Positions 37,187-46,828 of a stretch of DNA of 64,000 bases are shown piece by piece. Origin of the DNA: an uncultured Gammaproteobacteria bacterium (GTDB lineage: Bacteria; Patescibacteriota; Microgenomatia; Woykebacterales; RBG-16-39-9b); NCBI GenBank assembly GCA_964360785.1, contig CAYHXX010000004.1:5568-69567 (forward strand), written 5' to 3'. The position numbers and the translations under genes are program-made. Numbering within the stretch: the first letter of the stretch is position 1; every line of letters begins with the position of its first letter. The notes under the pieces were generated by a model, which had not been told where the DNA came from, did not search any database, and worked only from the letters and a program-made list of their open reading frames with translations.

Positions 37187-38838
37187 TACTGACTAGGTTG
37201 TTAAAAAATACAAAACAAAGAGGATTTACGGGTTCCCGCAGGATAAAGGCAAAACCGTTGTTTGAAAATTCTAACAAAGGTTTTATCTTACTTGGTGCGG
37301 TTCTAATCTTGGCTGTAGTCACTGTGATGATCGCGGTAATATTTTCCTTAGTACTACTTTCACTTACCAAATCAGATCGTAACAGCCGCCAGATATCAGT
37401 ATTAGATATTTCTGAAGCAGGTATTAATTACTATCTTTGGCATCTTTCGCACAACTCAACTGATTATTGTGATGATACTGCTTGTCCGCCTGGGATCGGG
37501 CCTTTCGGTCCCTATGAACACAGCTTCACCAATAGCAGCGGTGAGGTGATTGGTACTTACACCCTTTGGATTGCACCGCCTGGTATAGCTGAAGGTGGAA
37601 AAGTCACTCTTTGTCATACGCCGCCTGATCCTGACCAAACTATTACAGTTGCCATTTCGGCTGTTCAAGCTCATCTTGATCATGGTGACACAATTGGAGA
37701 ATGTGGAGGTGGGGTTACTCCTGGAAGCAATGTGGTTACAGTTGAGTCTCGAGGCGATATAACCGGCGGCAATGAAAACCGTACCATAGTGGCAGAGCTT
37801 GGTATTCCGTCCTTTGCCAATTACTCAATTGTTGCTGATGATACAGTCAACCATTTGCGAATTGGGGCAGGCACAGAAACTTTTGGTCCAATCCACAACA
37901 ACGGCGGAGTACGGTTTGATGGGATAGCGCATGCAATTGTGACTAGTTCAATGGCTAGCTATGATGATCCGGATCACGATGATGTTGACTCACCGGAACA
38001 TGCCTGGCACTCAGATATTATTCAGGAAAGTGGCGTCCATACTCATCAAGCCGATCCAAATAGTGTTTTTCTCGCTGGGCGGCAATTTCCTGTCCCGCCA
38101 GTCAGTTTTTCAGCGATATCAACTGACCTACAGAACCTAAGGACCCTGGGACAAGTTGCTGGACAGGGTGTTTATTACGGCAGTTCGGGAAGTCTCGGCT
38201 ACCATATCGTACTTAAAACCAACGATACGTTTGCCATTTATCGTGTGACGGGAGTGGGCAACAACTGTAGTGGTGTACCAAGAGAAAACATTACCAACGA
38301 GGTGCTCATTACCAATAGGAATTTTCCTAGTAACGGTGTTATTTTTATCGAGGACAAACTTTGGCTTGATGGGAAAATAAATAGTGCTCAGCTTACCATT
38401 GCTGCGGCGAGGATCGGAGCTACGCCCGCCCAGGAAAAATCGGTGATTATCAACAATGATCTGGAGTATACGAATTACGATGGTTCCGACAAACTTGGTG
38501 TGGTAGCGCAGAAAAATGTAACAGTTGGTTATAATAGCGAGGGGGATTTTAGTGGTAGCTCTGATAACCAAGAGCTAAGGATTGATGCAGCCATGATTGC
38601 GCAGAATGGTCGAATTGGTCGAAATTACTATGGAGCTGGTTGTGGTGGAAACTACGTTCGCAACAACATAACAGTTTATGGCTCTCTTGCTACCCATTTT
38701 CGCTACGGTTTTGCGTATACAGATGGTACAGGCTATCAAAACCGAAATTTACTGTACGACCCTTATCTGACATTGGTACCACCGCCATTTTTTCCGACAA
38801 CTGGAAGTTATTCAATCCTTTCCTGGAAAGAGAAGTAG
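37183..38838 (+). CDS. large pilin-like/minor pilin or tip-associated protein (551 aa)
   Basis: leader KAKPLFENSNKG|FILLGAVLILAVV homologous to the neighbouring pilin leaders (no E+5); ATGA overlap with upstream pilin. Confidence 0.45.
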   Translation: MILTRLLKNTKQRGFTGSRRIKAKPLFENSNKGFILLGAVLILAVVTVMIAVIFSLVLLSLTKSDRNSRQISVLDISEAGINYYLWHLSHNSTDYCDDTACPPGIGPFGPYEHSFTNSSGEVIGTYTLWIAPPGIAEGGKVTLCHTPPDPDQTITVAISAVQAHLDHGDTIGECGGGVTPGSNVVTVESRGDITGGNENRTIVAELGIPSFANYSIVADDTVNHLRIGAGTETFGPIHNNGGVRFDGIAHAIVTSSMASYDDPDHDDVDSPEHAWHSDIIQESGVHTHQADPNSVFLAGRQFPVPPVSFSAISTDLQNLRTLGQVAGQGVYYGSSGSLGYHIVLKTNDTFAIYRVTGVGNNCSGVPRENITNEVLITNRNFPSNGVIFIEDKLWLDGKINSAQLTIAAARIGATPAQEKSVIINNDLEYTNYDGSDKLGVVAQKNVTVGYNSEGDFSGSSDNQELRIDAAMIAQNGRIGRNYYGAGCGGNYVRNNITVYGSLATHFRYGFAYTDGTGYQNRNLLYDPYLTLVPPPFFPTTGSYSILSWKEK

Positions 38839-38898
38839 GGAATTTACTTCTGCAAATTCTGTAGAATGATGATAAGATAAATAAAGTAAAAACTGCCT

Positions 38899-39444
38899 AT
38901 GCTAGTCTTGAAAAAAGCTAAAGATATAAACTTATTGCCCGAATCCGAAGCAGCCCAAGGTGTTACAAAAGCAGCACCGATATTACTCTTGTTTTTAGTG
39001 GTTCTTGTAGGTGTCGTTGTTGTATCACTGATAGTTACTTTTTTGAAATTTTCCACAGCAAGCGAAGGGCGGTCCTTGCAAGAAGACCTTGCAGTCAAGA
39101 ACCAAGAGTGGCAAAAAGTCGCTTCGAGTGCGGCGGGTTTGAGTCAAATTAAGAATAAGCTGACGTCCTACCAAAGTTTTAAGACCCAATACCCTTCGCT
39201 CAATCCATATATCGAGAAACTAAAAAGCCAGTTACCAAGTTCGGCCAGTCTCATGAGTCTGAGTATTGATAACAAAGGTAAAGCCAACTTTCAAGTAGAG
39301 ATGTCCAAGCCAGAGGACGGCTATCAACTAGTGGAAATTCTCAACAAAAACACAAATTTCTCTGGTGTGAGACTTGTGACTCTCAGTAAAAGCGGGCAGG
39401 ATGGGAAATATCTTATTAATATCGATCTGACAATCAGCAAATGA
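38899..39444 (+). CDS. pilN: PilN-like pilus assembly protein
   Basis: N-terminal INLLP motif, single TM, periplasmic domain. Confidence 0.55.
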   Translation: MLVLKKAKDINLLPESEAAQGVTKAAPILLLFLVVLVGVVVVSLIVTFLKFSTASEGRSLQEDLAVKNQEWQKVASSAAGLSQIKNKLTSYQSFKTQYPSLNPYIEKLKSQLPSSASLMSLSIDNKGKANFQVEMSKPEDGYQLVEILNKNTNFSGVRLVTLSKSGQDGKYLINIDLTISK

Positions 39445-40211
39445 AAGAACTGCTTTCTTTAATAAAAAAACCAATTTTCGCTATACTTTTTGGATTTTTA
39501 TTTACGGCCCTGCTTTGTAGCCTTATGGTTTTTGGGCTTATTATGCCTGGTTTTAGTAGCTGGCAAGAAGGAACAAAAGCAAATAAAGATTTAGAAACAA
39601 AGGTGAGTAAGGTTTCACAGAACATAACCTTGGCAAAAGGGGTCAATGATTCTGAAAGAAAAAGCTACACTGAAGTTATGGATATTTTCTATCCTGTTGC
39701 AGCTGATTATTTACATTTTGCCACCTTGAACGAAAACTTAGCTGCGCAGATGGGTGTTAGTGTGACAAGTTTCACAAATGCCCAAACAAGTTCGAGTGCG
39801 GCCGCGGCCAAGGCGCCTTCAATCGGTCCGGCTGCTGGGAGTAGTTCTTCTTCAAGTTCGTCTGCAGCTAGTGTTGCGCCAGCAGCTACGCTGAGTTCAA
39901 TCTACGTGTCGGTTGCGTATAAAGGACAATTTGAATCCGTTGAGAGTTTTATTAGAAATTTAACAAAGCTAGATCGTTTGATTGGCCTCAGTACAATGGT
40001 GTTTACCAAAGTGGAAAATACAAATGAAATCACCGCCAATGCAACCTTCACACTTCCGCTTTCAGCAAAAAGTACCGCCGCAAGTACTAGTGAAGACATC
40101 CAGTTACTCTCCTTGGAGGACAAAAAGATACTAGAGGAAATCAAGTCGAAGATAGAGTTCTTTGCAAACCCGGCAGACACTCCAATCGGAAAAACCGATC
40201 CGTTCAACTAA
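39441..40211 (+). CDS. PilO-like pilus assembly protein with S/A low-complexity linker
   Basis: N-terminal TM, coiled-coil, position after pilN with ATGA overlap. Confidence 0.4.
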   Translation: MKELLSLIKKPIFAILFGFLFTALLCSLMVFGLIMPGFSSWQEGTKANKDLETKVSKVSQNITLAKGVNDSERKSYTEVMDIFYPVAADYLHFATLNENLAAQMGVSVTSFTNAQTSSSAAAAKAPSIGPAAGSSSSSSSSAASVAPAATLSSIYVSVAYKGQFESVESFIRNLTKLDRLIGLSTMVFTKVENTNEITANATFTLPLSAKSTAASTSEDIQLLSLEDKKILEEIKSKIEFFANPADTPIGKTDPFN

Positions 40212-40328
40212 ACTTCTCTCCTACGAAATTGAAATTCTAGTGCCTCCTTGATTAGGTGAGTAAAGTGGGTTGCTTGTTTAGTTACAAAAATACGAGTTGC
40301 TGTATTATAAAAACCGGAGATAGCTAAT

Positions 40329-40991
40329 ATGGCAACAACAGACAAACAAAAACTATTTGTTGAAGAGCTAATTAAACCGGTTGGAATAACCGATAACCGA
40401 GTTTTAAAAGCATTTGCAAAAGTTCCCCGTGAGGAATTTGTTCCCGCGAAGTACCGCAGCCAAGCTTATCAGGATGGGCCTTTGCCAATTGGTGAGGGAC
40501 AGACCATCAGCCAGCCTTCACTCGTTGCATTGATGACACAGCTGTTGAATTTAAAAGGGGATGAGAAGGTGTTGGAAATTGGTACTGGTAGTGGCTATCA
40601 AGCCGCGATCCTTTCACAGCTGTCCAAAGAAGTTCACACTATCGAAAGGCTTTCAGAACTCTCCCAAACTGCACAAACTGTTTGCCAAAACTTGGGTTAC
40701 AAAAATATTCATTTCCACGTTGGTGATGGTTCGTTGGGGCTGACCAAAGAACAGCCTTTTGATGCGATTATTGTCACAGCCGGGGCTAAGGAAATCCCAC
40801 AACCATTGGTCGATCAATTAAAAATTGGTGGTCGGTTGGTGATACCTTCTGGTGAAACTTTAGTGAGTCAAAGCTTGAAAGTGGTTACCAGAACTAAAAA
40901 AGGAATAGAAATAAAAGAAATCGAACCGGTAGCGTTCGTGCCTTTGATCGGGAAACATGGTTGGAAAGACAACCTAAATAGTTTCATTTAG
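40329..40991 (+). CDS. pcm: protein-L-isoaspartate O-methyltransferase
   Basis: SAM motif VLEIGTGSGYQAAIL; PCMT core GQTISQPSLVA. Confidence 0.85.
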   Translation: MATTDKQKLFVEELIKPVGITDNRVLKAFAKVPREEFVPAKYRSQAYQDGPLPIGEGQTISQPSLVALMTQLLNLKGDEKVLEIGTGSGYQAAILSQLSKEVHTIERLSELSQTAQTVCQNLGYKNIHFHVGDGSLGLTKEQPFDAIIVTAGAKEIPQPLVDQLKIGGRLVIPSGETLVSQSLKVVTRTKKGIEIKEIEPVAFVPLIGKHGWKDNLNSFI

Positions 40992-41054
40992 ATTTGATTT
41001 CAAATGCAGAAAAATATCTTGCATAACCCAAAATAGAAGGATTATAATCGGGTT

Positions 41055-41408
41055 ATGAAGCTAGCGGATTGGAAAAAACTTCTTATTCCACCAGTCGCGA
41101 TTTACGCTGTTATCTTCCTTTTTATTTCCGCCCTTATTGGCGCCAAAATCGACGCACATGGTCTCTGGGTTTGGATCGTCACCCTTGGAATTTCAATTGT
41201 TGGGCTATACATAGCTACCAATTACGTCAAGCCAAAATTTTGGCAGGACGGGCTAAGATACGGTTTTGTTTGGTTGGTAATCCTTGTTTTTCTTGATTTG
41301 ATTTTGACCGTTCCGTTCACAGGTATGGGATATTTCTCCGATTGGAGATCTTTTGTGCCTTACGTTCTCACCCTTGCTTTTCCCACAATTTTAGCTAAGA
41401 AGACTTAA
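41055..41408 (+). CDS. hypothetical membrane protein
   Basis: four hydrophobic segments. Confidence 0.4.
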   Translation: MKLADWKKLLIPPVAIYAVIFLFISALIGAKIDAHGLWVWIVTLGISIVGLYIATNYVKPKFWQDGLRYGFVWLVILVFLDLILTVPFTGMGYFSDWRSFVPYVLTLAFPTILAKKT

Positions 41409-41493
41409 ATATCCCAACAATTTGAAGACCTAGAGTATAATGGCTGCAATAGCAGGAAGAATTCATCTGCTGAAAAGTTAGTGGGAGGGTGCG

Positions 41494-41736
41494 ATGCGAG
41501 TGGTTACCGCCGACTCTCTGAACACCCTTCGGGTTGGGCAGAGAGCCAGATACACTGGGATGGTGAGGCGAAGAGAGCTTACGGCGCTCGTTCGTGTCAA
41601 CGGGGTCTACAGCCGTCACGCGGGTTTGCGCATCGAAGTGATCAAGAAGCAGAAGCCGGCGCGCAGCTTCAAGATTGGAGATACCTTCACCATCGCTTTC
41701 GGCAAGCACGAGACGCTAGCGGTGGAGGACGACTAA
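41494..41736 (+). CDS. small hypothetical protein 1 of GC-rich four-ORF operon
   Basis: SD gggaggg 4 nt before ATG; GC3-rich. Confidence 0.35.
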   Translation: MRVVTADSLNTLRVGQRARYTGMVRRRELTALVRVNGVYSRHAGLRIEVIKKQKPARSFKIGDTFTIAFGKHETLAVEDD

Positions 41737-41774
41737 TCGGCAAGGAAGTAGCTGGCGAAAAGCCAGGAGGTGTT

Positions 41775-41963
41775 ATGCCCAGAATGATCATTGAAATCGA
41801 GTCGGAAGACGGGATCGCGATCGACGAGTTGGTTGCGGCGGCTGCCCTTTCTAAGTTGATCCTGGGTCTTGTTGATCCCGGGTCAATCCCCGCCGAACCC
41901 AAGCGTATTCCTGTTCCGTTTGGTCGGGGCCAGCTCTTTCTGAGCTGGACCTTCGAGGCTTAA
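41775..41963 (+). CDS. small hypothetical protein 2 (62 aa)
   Basis: preceded by hairpin-SD module tagctggcgaaaagccaggagg. Confidence 0.35.
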   Translation: MPRMIIEIESEDGIAIDELVAAAALSKLILGLVDPGSIPAEPKRIPVPFGRGQLFLSWTFEA

Positions 41964-42004
41964 CCACCAATACGCAGTTGGCGAAAAGCCAGGAGGAGAG
42001 AGTC

Positions 42005-42304
42005 GTGTACGTTAAAGTTGTCAAAGTCCCAGCGGGGGAGGCGCCTTTGCATGTTCGGCAAGCTTGGGTGGGGACTGTTTTCCAAGCTGTAGGACCCAGG
42101 GAGTATTGGGAAGAGGGGATTGTCACCGGAAAAGACAATCCTGCTCGCCTTGGCTACGCCGTACCTCAAGAGCTTGCGGTGGAAGCACTCGAGCGAAGGA
42201 ACCCAGCAGCGGCAGACTGGTTCCGAGAACATTTACGCTACCATTCCAACAACCTAATCTTCGGAGCGGACGAGGTCGTGGAAATCCACAACGAAGGAAT
42301 GTAG
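42005..42304 (+). CDS. small hypothetical protein 3 (GTG start)
   Basis: preceded by agttggcgaaaagccaggagg, 9 nt to GTG. Confidence 0.3.
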   Translation: MYVKVVKVPAGEAPLHVRQAWVGTVFQAVGPREYWEEGIVTGKDNPARLGYAVPQELAVEALERRNPAAADWFREHLRYHSNNLIFGADEVVEIHNEGM

Positions 42305-42327
42305 CTGGCGAAGGCCAAGGAGGAGAC

Positions 42328-42684
42328 ATGCACAGTTACGGTATCGATCACGGTCCGGATGAGGTTGCCCAGCCGCAACCCATGTCGAACGGCTTCTACG
42401 TTGAGGTGTACAAGCTCAATGCTGTTCGTTTCAGCATAGCTCATCCCGCTCTCAACAATCGCCAAGCTCGGGTCGGTATCTTCGTAGTGATCGACGAAGT
42501 CACCCAGAGCTGGGGTGAAGACGGAAGAGGAGATCGAGGAATCGCCTTTACTGGCTACCTCAAGCCGGAAAAGGGTGATCAGTCTCTGCACTGGGTGAGG
42601 GGCGTTTACAGCTTCAGCCGTCACGGTGGTAGTATCGAGACGGAATCTGAGATCGAGCTCAGGATCGCTCCGGTCGCCGCCTGA
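42328..42684 (+). CDS. small hypothetical protein 4 (118 aa)
   Basis: preceded by tagctggcgaaggccaaggagg; terminator 42737-42777 follows. Confidence 0.35.
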   Translation: MHSYGIDHGPDEVAQPQPMSNGFYVEVYKLNAVRFSIAHPALNNRQARVGIFVVIDEVTQSWGEDGRGDRGIAFTGYLKPEKGDQSLHWVRGVYSFSRHGGSIETESEIELRIAPVAA

Positions 42685-42849
42685 TCAAGAACATACCTAA
42701 CGCGAGAGTGGAGAGAAGATCAATTCCTGTCCACAAGGGTCGTCGCATCATGCACGACCCTTTCGCGTTTTAATTTTCAAAAAACTTGTCCCGATTGAAT
42801 CGGGATTTGCTTATCTTAGGTCCTGAAATTAAAATAAAAGAAAAAGCTC

Positions 42850-43197
42850 ATGACAGACATCATTGCGAAAAATCTTGAAACCTCTGAAAATTCACGAACC
42901 TTTCTGGATGGCAGTAAACGTACAGTTGTTATTTTAGAATCCGTTGCTATTGGTCGGGGAGAATATCTGCCGGGCTGGCAATGGTCGAAGCACGCTGGTG
43001 CGCAGACTGGAAAAGCTTCAGAATCTCACATTGGTTACATCATTTCCGGGAGTATGGTATCCAAAGGTTCTGATGGAGCAGAAGTTACCGTCGGACCAGG
43101 AGATGCTTTTGAAGTCCAACCTGGACATGATGCTTGGGTACTCGGAAATGAACCTTGCATCGCACTCGATTTTGAGCATTTAGGTAAGGAAAAGTAA
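42850..43197 (+). CDS. cupin-domain protein
   Basis: two-motif cupin pattern (G..H..GYIISG / GPGDAFEVQPGHDAW). Confidence 0.55.
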   Translation: MTDIIAKNLETSENSRTFLDGSKRTVVILESVAIGRGEYLPGWQWSKHAGAQTGKASESHIGYIISGSMVSKGSDGAEVTVGPGDAFEVQPGHDAWVLGNEPCIALDFEHLGKEK

Positions 43198-43212
43198 TTC
43201 CCCAACAAAAAA

Positions 43213-43251
43213 CCCATAGTACTTGACTTTTGAAGCTAAATATACTATAAT
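43213..43251 (+). promoter_or_regulatory. promoter module, second copy of the 5093-5131 element (TTGACT-17-TATAAT)
   Basis: cccatagtacttgacttttgaagctaaatatactataat. Confidence 0.55.
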
Positions 43252-43286
43252 AATATCAATCAGGTGTAGCGTGAAAGGATAGCACC

Positions 43287-43487
43287 ATGATTGCGTTGTT
43301 CGTCATAATGGCGATTCCGTTCTGGTTTCTGGTGGTGATCCGAGTAGTTCTACTTACGATCCTCGCCATCTTCCTCATCGCCATCTTCATTACATTGTCC
43401 CAAATCGGGAGAAGTGGTGAGAATGGGATTACCGCAATGCAGAAGAGACTGAAGCGGGAGGCGAAAGAGAAGGAGGCGAAGAAGTAG
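43287..43487 (+). CDS. small membrane protein with K/E-rich tail, GC-rich cassette
   Basis: SD aaagga before ATG; two hydrophobic helices; terminator module 43605-43634. Confidence 0.4.
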   Translation: MIALFVIMAIPFWFLVVIRVVLLTILAIFLIAIFITLSQIGRSGENGITAMQKRLKREAKEKEAKK

Positions 43488-43604
43488 GAGAATAGGTTAC
43501 ACGGATGGGAGCGGTCGGCGAAAGCCAGACTGAACCGTAGCGAACCACAAGTTTGCTCTCTTCCCGGCCCTTAAGAAAATCAGATTGGTTTGTTTAAGAA
43601 GAGA

Positions 43605-43634
43605 AACGACTCAGCAATGGGTCGTTTTTCTTTG
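43605..43634 (+). terminator. intrinsic terminator, repeated module copy 3
   Basis: aacgactcagcaatgggtcgtttttctttg. Confidence 0.6.
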
Positions 43635-43677
43635 GGAAAATTTGCTTATCTACGGAGGGAAAAGTTAAAATCAAAAT

Positions 43678-44058
43678 ATGAAAACAAAAATAGAAACTTC
43701 TGAAGCGCCGGGTGCACCGGGACTTTTGTCACAGGCAGTTGTAAGTGGCGATACTATTTATGTAGCCGGTCAAATACACAACACTGCTGATGGCAAAATG
43801 GTTGAAGGTTCAACTGAAGAAAAAGTTCACCAGATAATGAAAAATTTCGCTGCAATTCTGAAAGCTGCCAATTCGGACTTTGCACACGTAGTCAAAGTCA
43901 ATATTTATGTTACTGATATGGCAGAACTTCCAAAACTCAACGAAGTCTACAAAACCTATTTCACCACTGAACCCTTGCCAGTGCGAGAAGCAGTCTGCGT
44001 GAAAGCCTTACCTCTCGGCGCGAATATTGAAATGAGCTGCATCGCCTCCAAAAGCTAA
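43678..44058 (+). CDS. ridA: RidA/YjgF-family enamine/imine deaminase
   Basis: APGAPGLLSQAVVSGDTIYVAGQI...NIYVTDM...R.AV.V..LP. Confidence 0.85.
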   Translation: MKTKIETSEAPGAPGLLSQAVVSGDTIYVAGQIHNTADGKMVEGSTEEKVHQIMKNFAAILKAANSDFAHVVKVNIYVTDMAELPKLNEVYKTYFTTEPLPVREAVCVKALPLGANIEMSCIASKS

Positions 44059-44123
44059 TTTTGCTTATTCAACTTCTTCTCACCAAAATGCTAGAATGAG
44101 AGCTAAAGTCTGGTTAATATACT

Positions 44124-44771
44124 TTGGCAATGACTACAACAGAAGTTAACAATTTTTGCATAGAGAAAATTCTTCAACAAAAAGAGAGCCCACTTTTTAT
44201 TGCGATTACCGGCGACTCAGGAAGTGGGAAAAGTTATTTTTCATCTTTAATTAAAAATGAGTTTAAAAAAAGAAATTTGGCCTACACATATATCGATTTT
44301 GATGACTTTCTGATACCCCGCAAAGATCGCGAACCAATGAAAAATATGTACTATAAAGAGGGCGAATTTAAAGGAAAATCCTACTGGGAAATTTTGGAAA
44401 ATATGTTTTACTTAGACAAAATGAAAAAAGTTATTAGTGATCTTAGAGAAGGTAAGCCTTCTACTTACGTACCTTATTCTCGAGAAACCGGTGATATATC
44501 ACTAAAAGAAAAAACTGTAAATCCAGCAGATTACATAATTTTTGATACGTCAATGCTACTTAACCTAATGGACTTTGTAATTCTAGTTGACGTTACCAGG
44601 GAAAATATCATCAAGAGGAAATTAAAGAGAGATAGTGATGTTAGGACTCCTCATGAAATTATCGATATGCATAATAAAGTGCAAGGTTTTTATTGGGATA
44701 GAGCCAAACCAAGTAATCCCGATGTTACAATAGACAATAATGACGTTAATAATCCGAAAATTATTTCTTAA
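44124..44771 (+). CDS. uridine kinase/phosphoribulokinase-family P-loop kinase
   Basis: IAITGDSGSGKSYFS Walker A typical of the udk/PRK family. Confidence 0.5.
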   Translation: MAMTTTEVNNFCIEKILQQKESPLFIAITGDSGSGKSYFSSLIKNEFKKRNLAYTYIDFDDFLIPRKDREPMKNMYYKEGEFKGKSYWEILENMFYLDKMKKVISDLREGKPSTYVPYSRETGDISLKEKTVNPADYIIFDTSMLLNLMDFVILVDVTRENIIKRKLKRDSDVRTPHEIIDMHNKVQGFYWDRAKPSNPDVTIDNNDVNNPKIIS

Positions 44772-44782
44772 AAACAAGCGAA

Positions 44783-45718
44783 ATGAAAACTAAATCTGGA
44801 AAAAATATTTCTAAAATTGGAATTGGTAGTTACGGAATTGGCGGTCGGGGTCATAGGGATATGAAAATTACTGAAAAGGATGAAGATGAAATATATATTG
44901 AGGCTCTTGTTCACACATTAAAAAAAGGGATTAATTTCACTGAAATTTCCCTTGGTTATGGTCAAGGGCAGGCACTTACTTTGTTCAAAAAAGCTTTTGA
45001 TAAAAGCGAGATTGCTCGAGAAGATCTGTTTATAACTAACTCTCTTTACCCTAGGGATTTGCCCTCAATCGATGTTATCAAAGAAGATATAGATAACTTT
45101 TATAAAATAATGGATACAGCTTATGCTGATTCCACACTTGTCGATCAGTCTTTGCTTACACTTTATGGAGAAGAGGAGATTTACAAAATTTTACAAAACC
45201 TCCTAACGACAGGTAAAACTAAATATGTCAGTATGTCAAACTCGAATTCTGAAGGCATACGAAGATACAAAAAGGAATTTGGCGACAAGTTTGTTGCTCA
45301 CGAGGGCCACCTGAGTTTTGAAATACGAGAAGTGCAAGATGCTGGCATTTTCGAGTTGTGCAAAGAGCTAGGAATAGAGAACATTATCTGGAGACCTTTG
45401 CGGCGAGGCTTAACTTTCCAACACAGTTGGCCCTTACTTGTTGAACTTTCCAAAAAATATCAAAAAACCCAAGATCAGATAATTCTAAATTGGATTTGTA
45501 ACCTAGGTTACCACCCTATGGTTATGTCTAAAAATAAAGGCCATATCGATGAAAATTTCTCCTCAACCGATTTTGAAATGTCAAAGAATGATTATAAGCG
45601 GATGACTGACTGGCGGCCGCAAAACTATCATCCACCGAAAATTGATTGGGAAAAAGATGGGCAAGGAGCAGTAATTGTTGATTTGGCGAAGGATTTTGAA
45701 AAACATTCAAGAAGCTAA
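44783..45718 (+). CDS. aldo/keto reductase
   Basis: ISKIGIGSYGIGG start, AKR (alpha/beta)8 pattern. Confidence 0.7.
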   Translation: MKTKSGKNISKIGIGSYGIGGRGHRDMKITEKDEDEIYIEALVHTLKKGINFTEISLGYGQGQALTLFKKAFDKSEIAREDLFITNSLYPRDLPSIDVIKEDIDNFYKIMDTAYADSTLVDQSLLTLYGEEEIYKILQNLLTTGKTKYVSMSNSNSEGIRRYKKEFGDKFVAHEGHLSFEIREVQDAGIFELCKELGIENIIWRPLRRGLTFQHSWPLLVELSKKYQKTQDQIILNWICNLGYHPMVMSKNKGHIDENFSSTDFEMSKNDYKRMTDWRPQNYHPPKIDWEKDGQGAVIVDLAKDFEKHSRS

Positions 45719-45761
45719 ATTTTAGGGAAGGAAAAAGCTACAATCTTTCAAATTAAGAGAT

Positions 45762-46613
45762 TTACCCAGGAATTGGATCGGTGGTTATACAGCCGGGGGT
45801 AGCAAGAGTCTCATCGTACAAACTAGCATCACCCACATAAGTTTCCCAATTTTTCATCAGATCTTGAAGTTTTGTAGTTATCTGCTGTTTGACTGAAGGG
45901 TCGAGATAGAGAAACGGGCAGACGTGCTCTGGTTGACTGCCGCCGCCATTGAGAATCCCAATTTTGACTGTTCCGTATCCAGCTGGAACACTCTTGTCGA
46001 AATCACTCACCTCCGCCACCACTTGTCCAGCTTTGACCTTGTCACCAACTTTGACAACCGGGTTGAGGACATGCTCGGTTTCGAACATCCATTTCTGCAT
46101 CTGGCCATCACTACTGACCATAACCGAGTAATCTCCACTCCAAACTTTTTCGATTCTGGCGACGACCCCGTCCACCAGGGCGAGCACTTTGGTTCCACTC
46201 GGAACCACGAAAGTTGGCTGCGGGTTGGCTTTATCCTTTCCACTAGTAGTACTATTTCCCGGAATGACGAATCCATAGGGCATAAAGACTCGGTTGAACT
46301 GCAGCTTTTTCTTGGTGAAAAGAAAATCTCCGGCTTTGTTGGTAGCAGCGTCGTAGTAGTCGAGGTTGACGCCGATGGATTTGAGTTTCAAGTTTGGCGC
46401 GTTCGTGTCGACTGGTTCTTGCTGAGTATTTTCAGTAGTTACTGAAGAAGACGCGGAGTTTTTTGAATCTTGGGAAGCAGTTTGGGTTTTTGGTTTTGTG
46501 GCGAACAAAAAGGCAACTATCAGACCAAGGAAAATTATTAATAAAATTAAAATCACCCACCAGTATTTTTTTAGGTTAGCAAATTTGTTCGCAGTTGTCT
46601 CAAGTGAGGGCAT
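45762..46613 (-). CDS. membrane-anchored LytM/M23-like (possibly degenerate) domain protein
   Basis: N-terminal TM; C-terminal VLALVDGVVARIE..GDYSVMVS..HV..VVKVGDKVKAGQVVAEV resembles M23 barrel without clear HxxxD/HxH. Confidence 0.4.
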   Translation of the reverse strand: MPSLETTANKFANLKKYWWVILILLIIFLGLIVAFLFATKPKTQTASQDSKNSASSSVTTENTQQEPVDTNAPNLKLKSIGVNLDYYDAATNKAGDFLFTKKKLQFNRVFMPYGFVIPGNSTTSGKDKANPQPTFVVPSGTKVLALVDGVVARIEKVWSGDYSVMVSSDGQMQKWMFETEHVLNPVVKVGDKVKAGQVVAEVSDFDKSVPAGYGTVKIGILNGGGSQPEHVCPFLYLDPSVKQQITTKLQDLMKNWETYVGDASLYDETLATPGCITTDPIPG

Positions 46614-46828
46614 TAACTCAATTATAGCAGAAATTCTTTAGCCCAAGTTTCCGCTAGTTCGATTTCACTTTTTCCCAACAAAAAACCCCGATTTAGTCGG
46701 GGTTACTTGTCCTAAGAAAACCTCCGCTAGATCAGCGGATTGGAGATTTGCTTGGGGATCGAGGCGTAACTGGCGGTTACGTCTCGGTGGATCTCTCATA
46801 ACTTTTTCCTTTCCTGGTTGCGGACTGG

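Noticed and set aside
46715-46800. tRNA gene near the hairpin cluster downstream of 46829..47149
   Set aside because: It contains D-arm-like tagatcagcgga and two stems, but no T-loop (GTTCRANYC) and no 7-bp acceptor pairing on either strand. It is most likely a 3' UTR or terminator structure.
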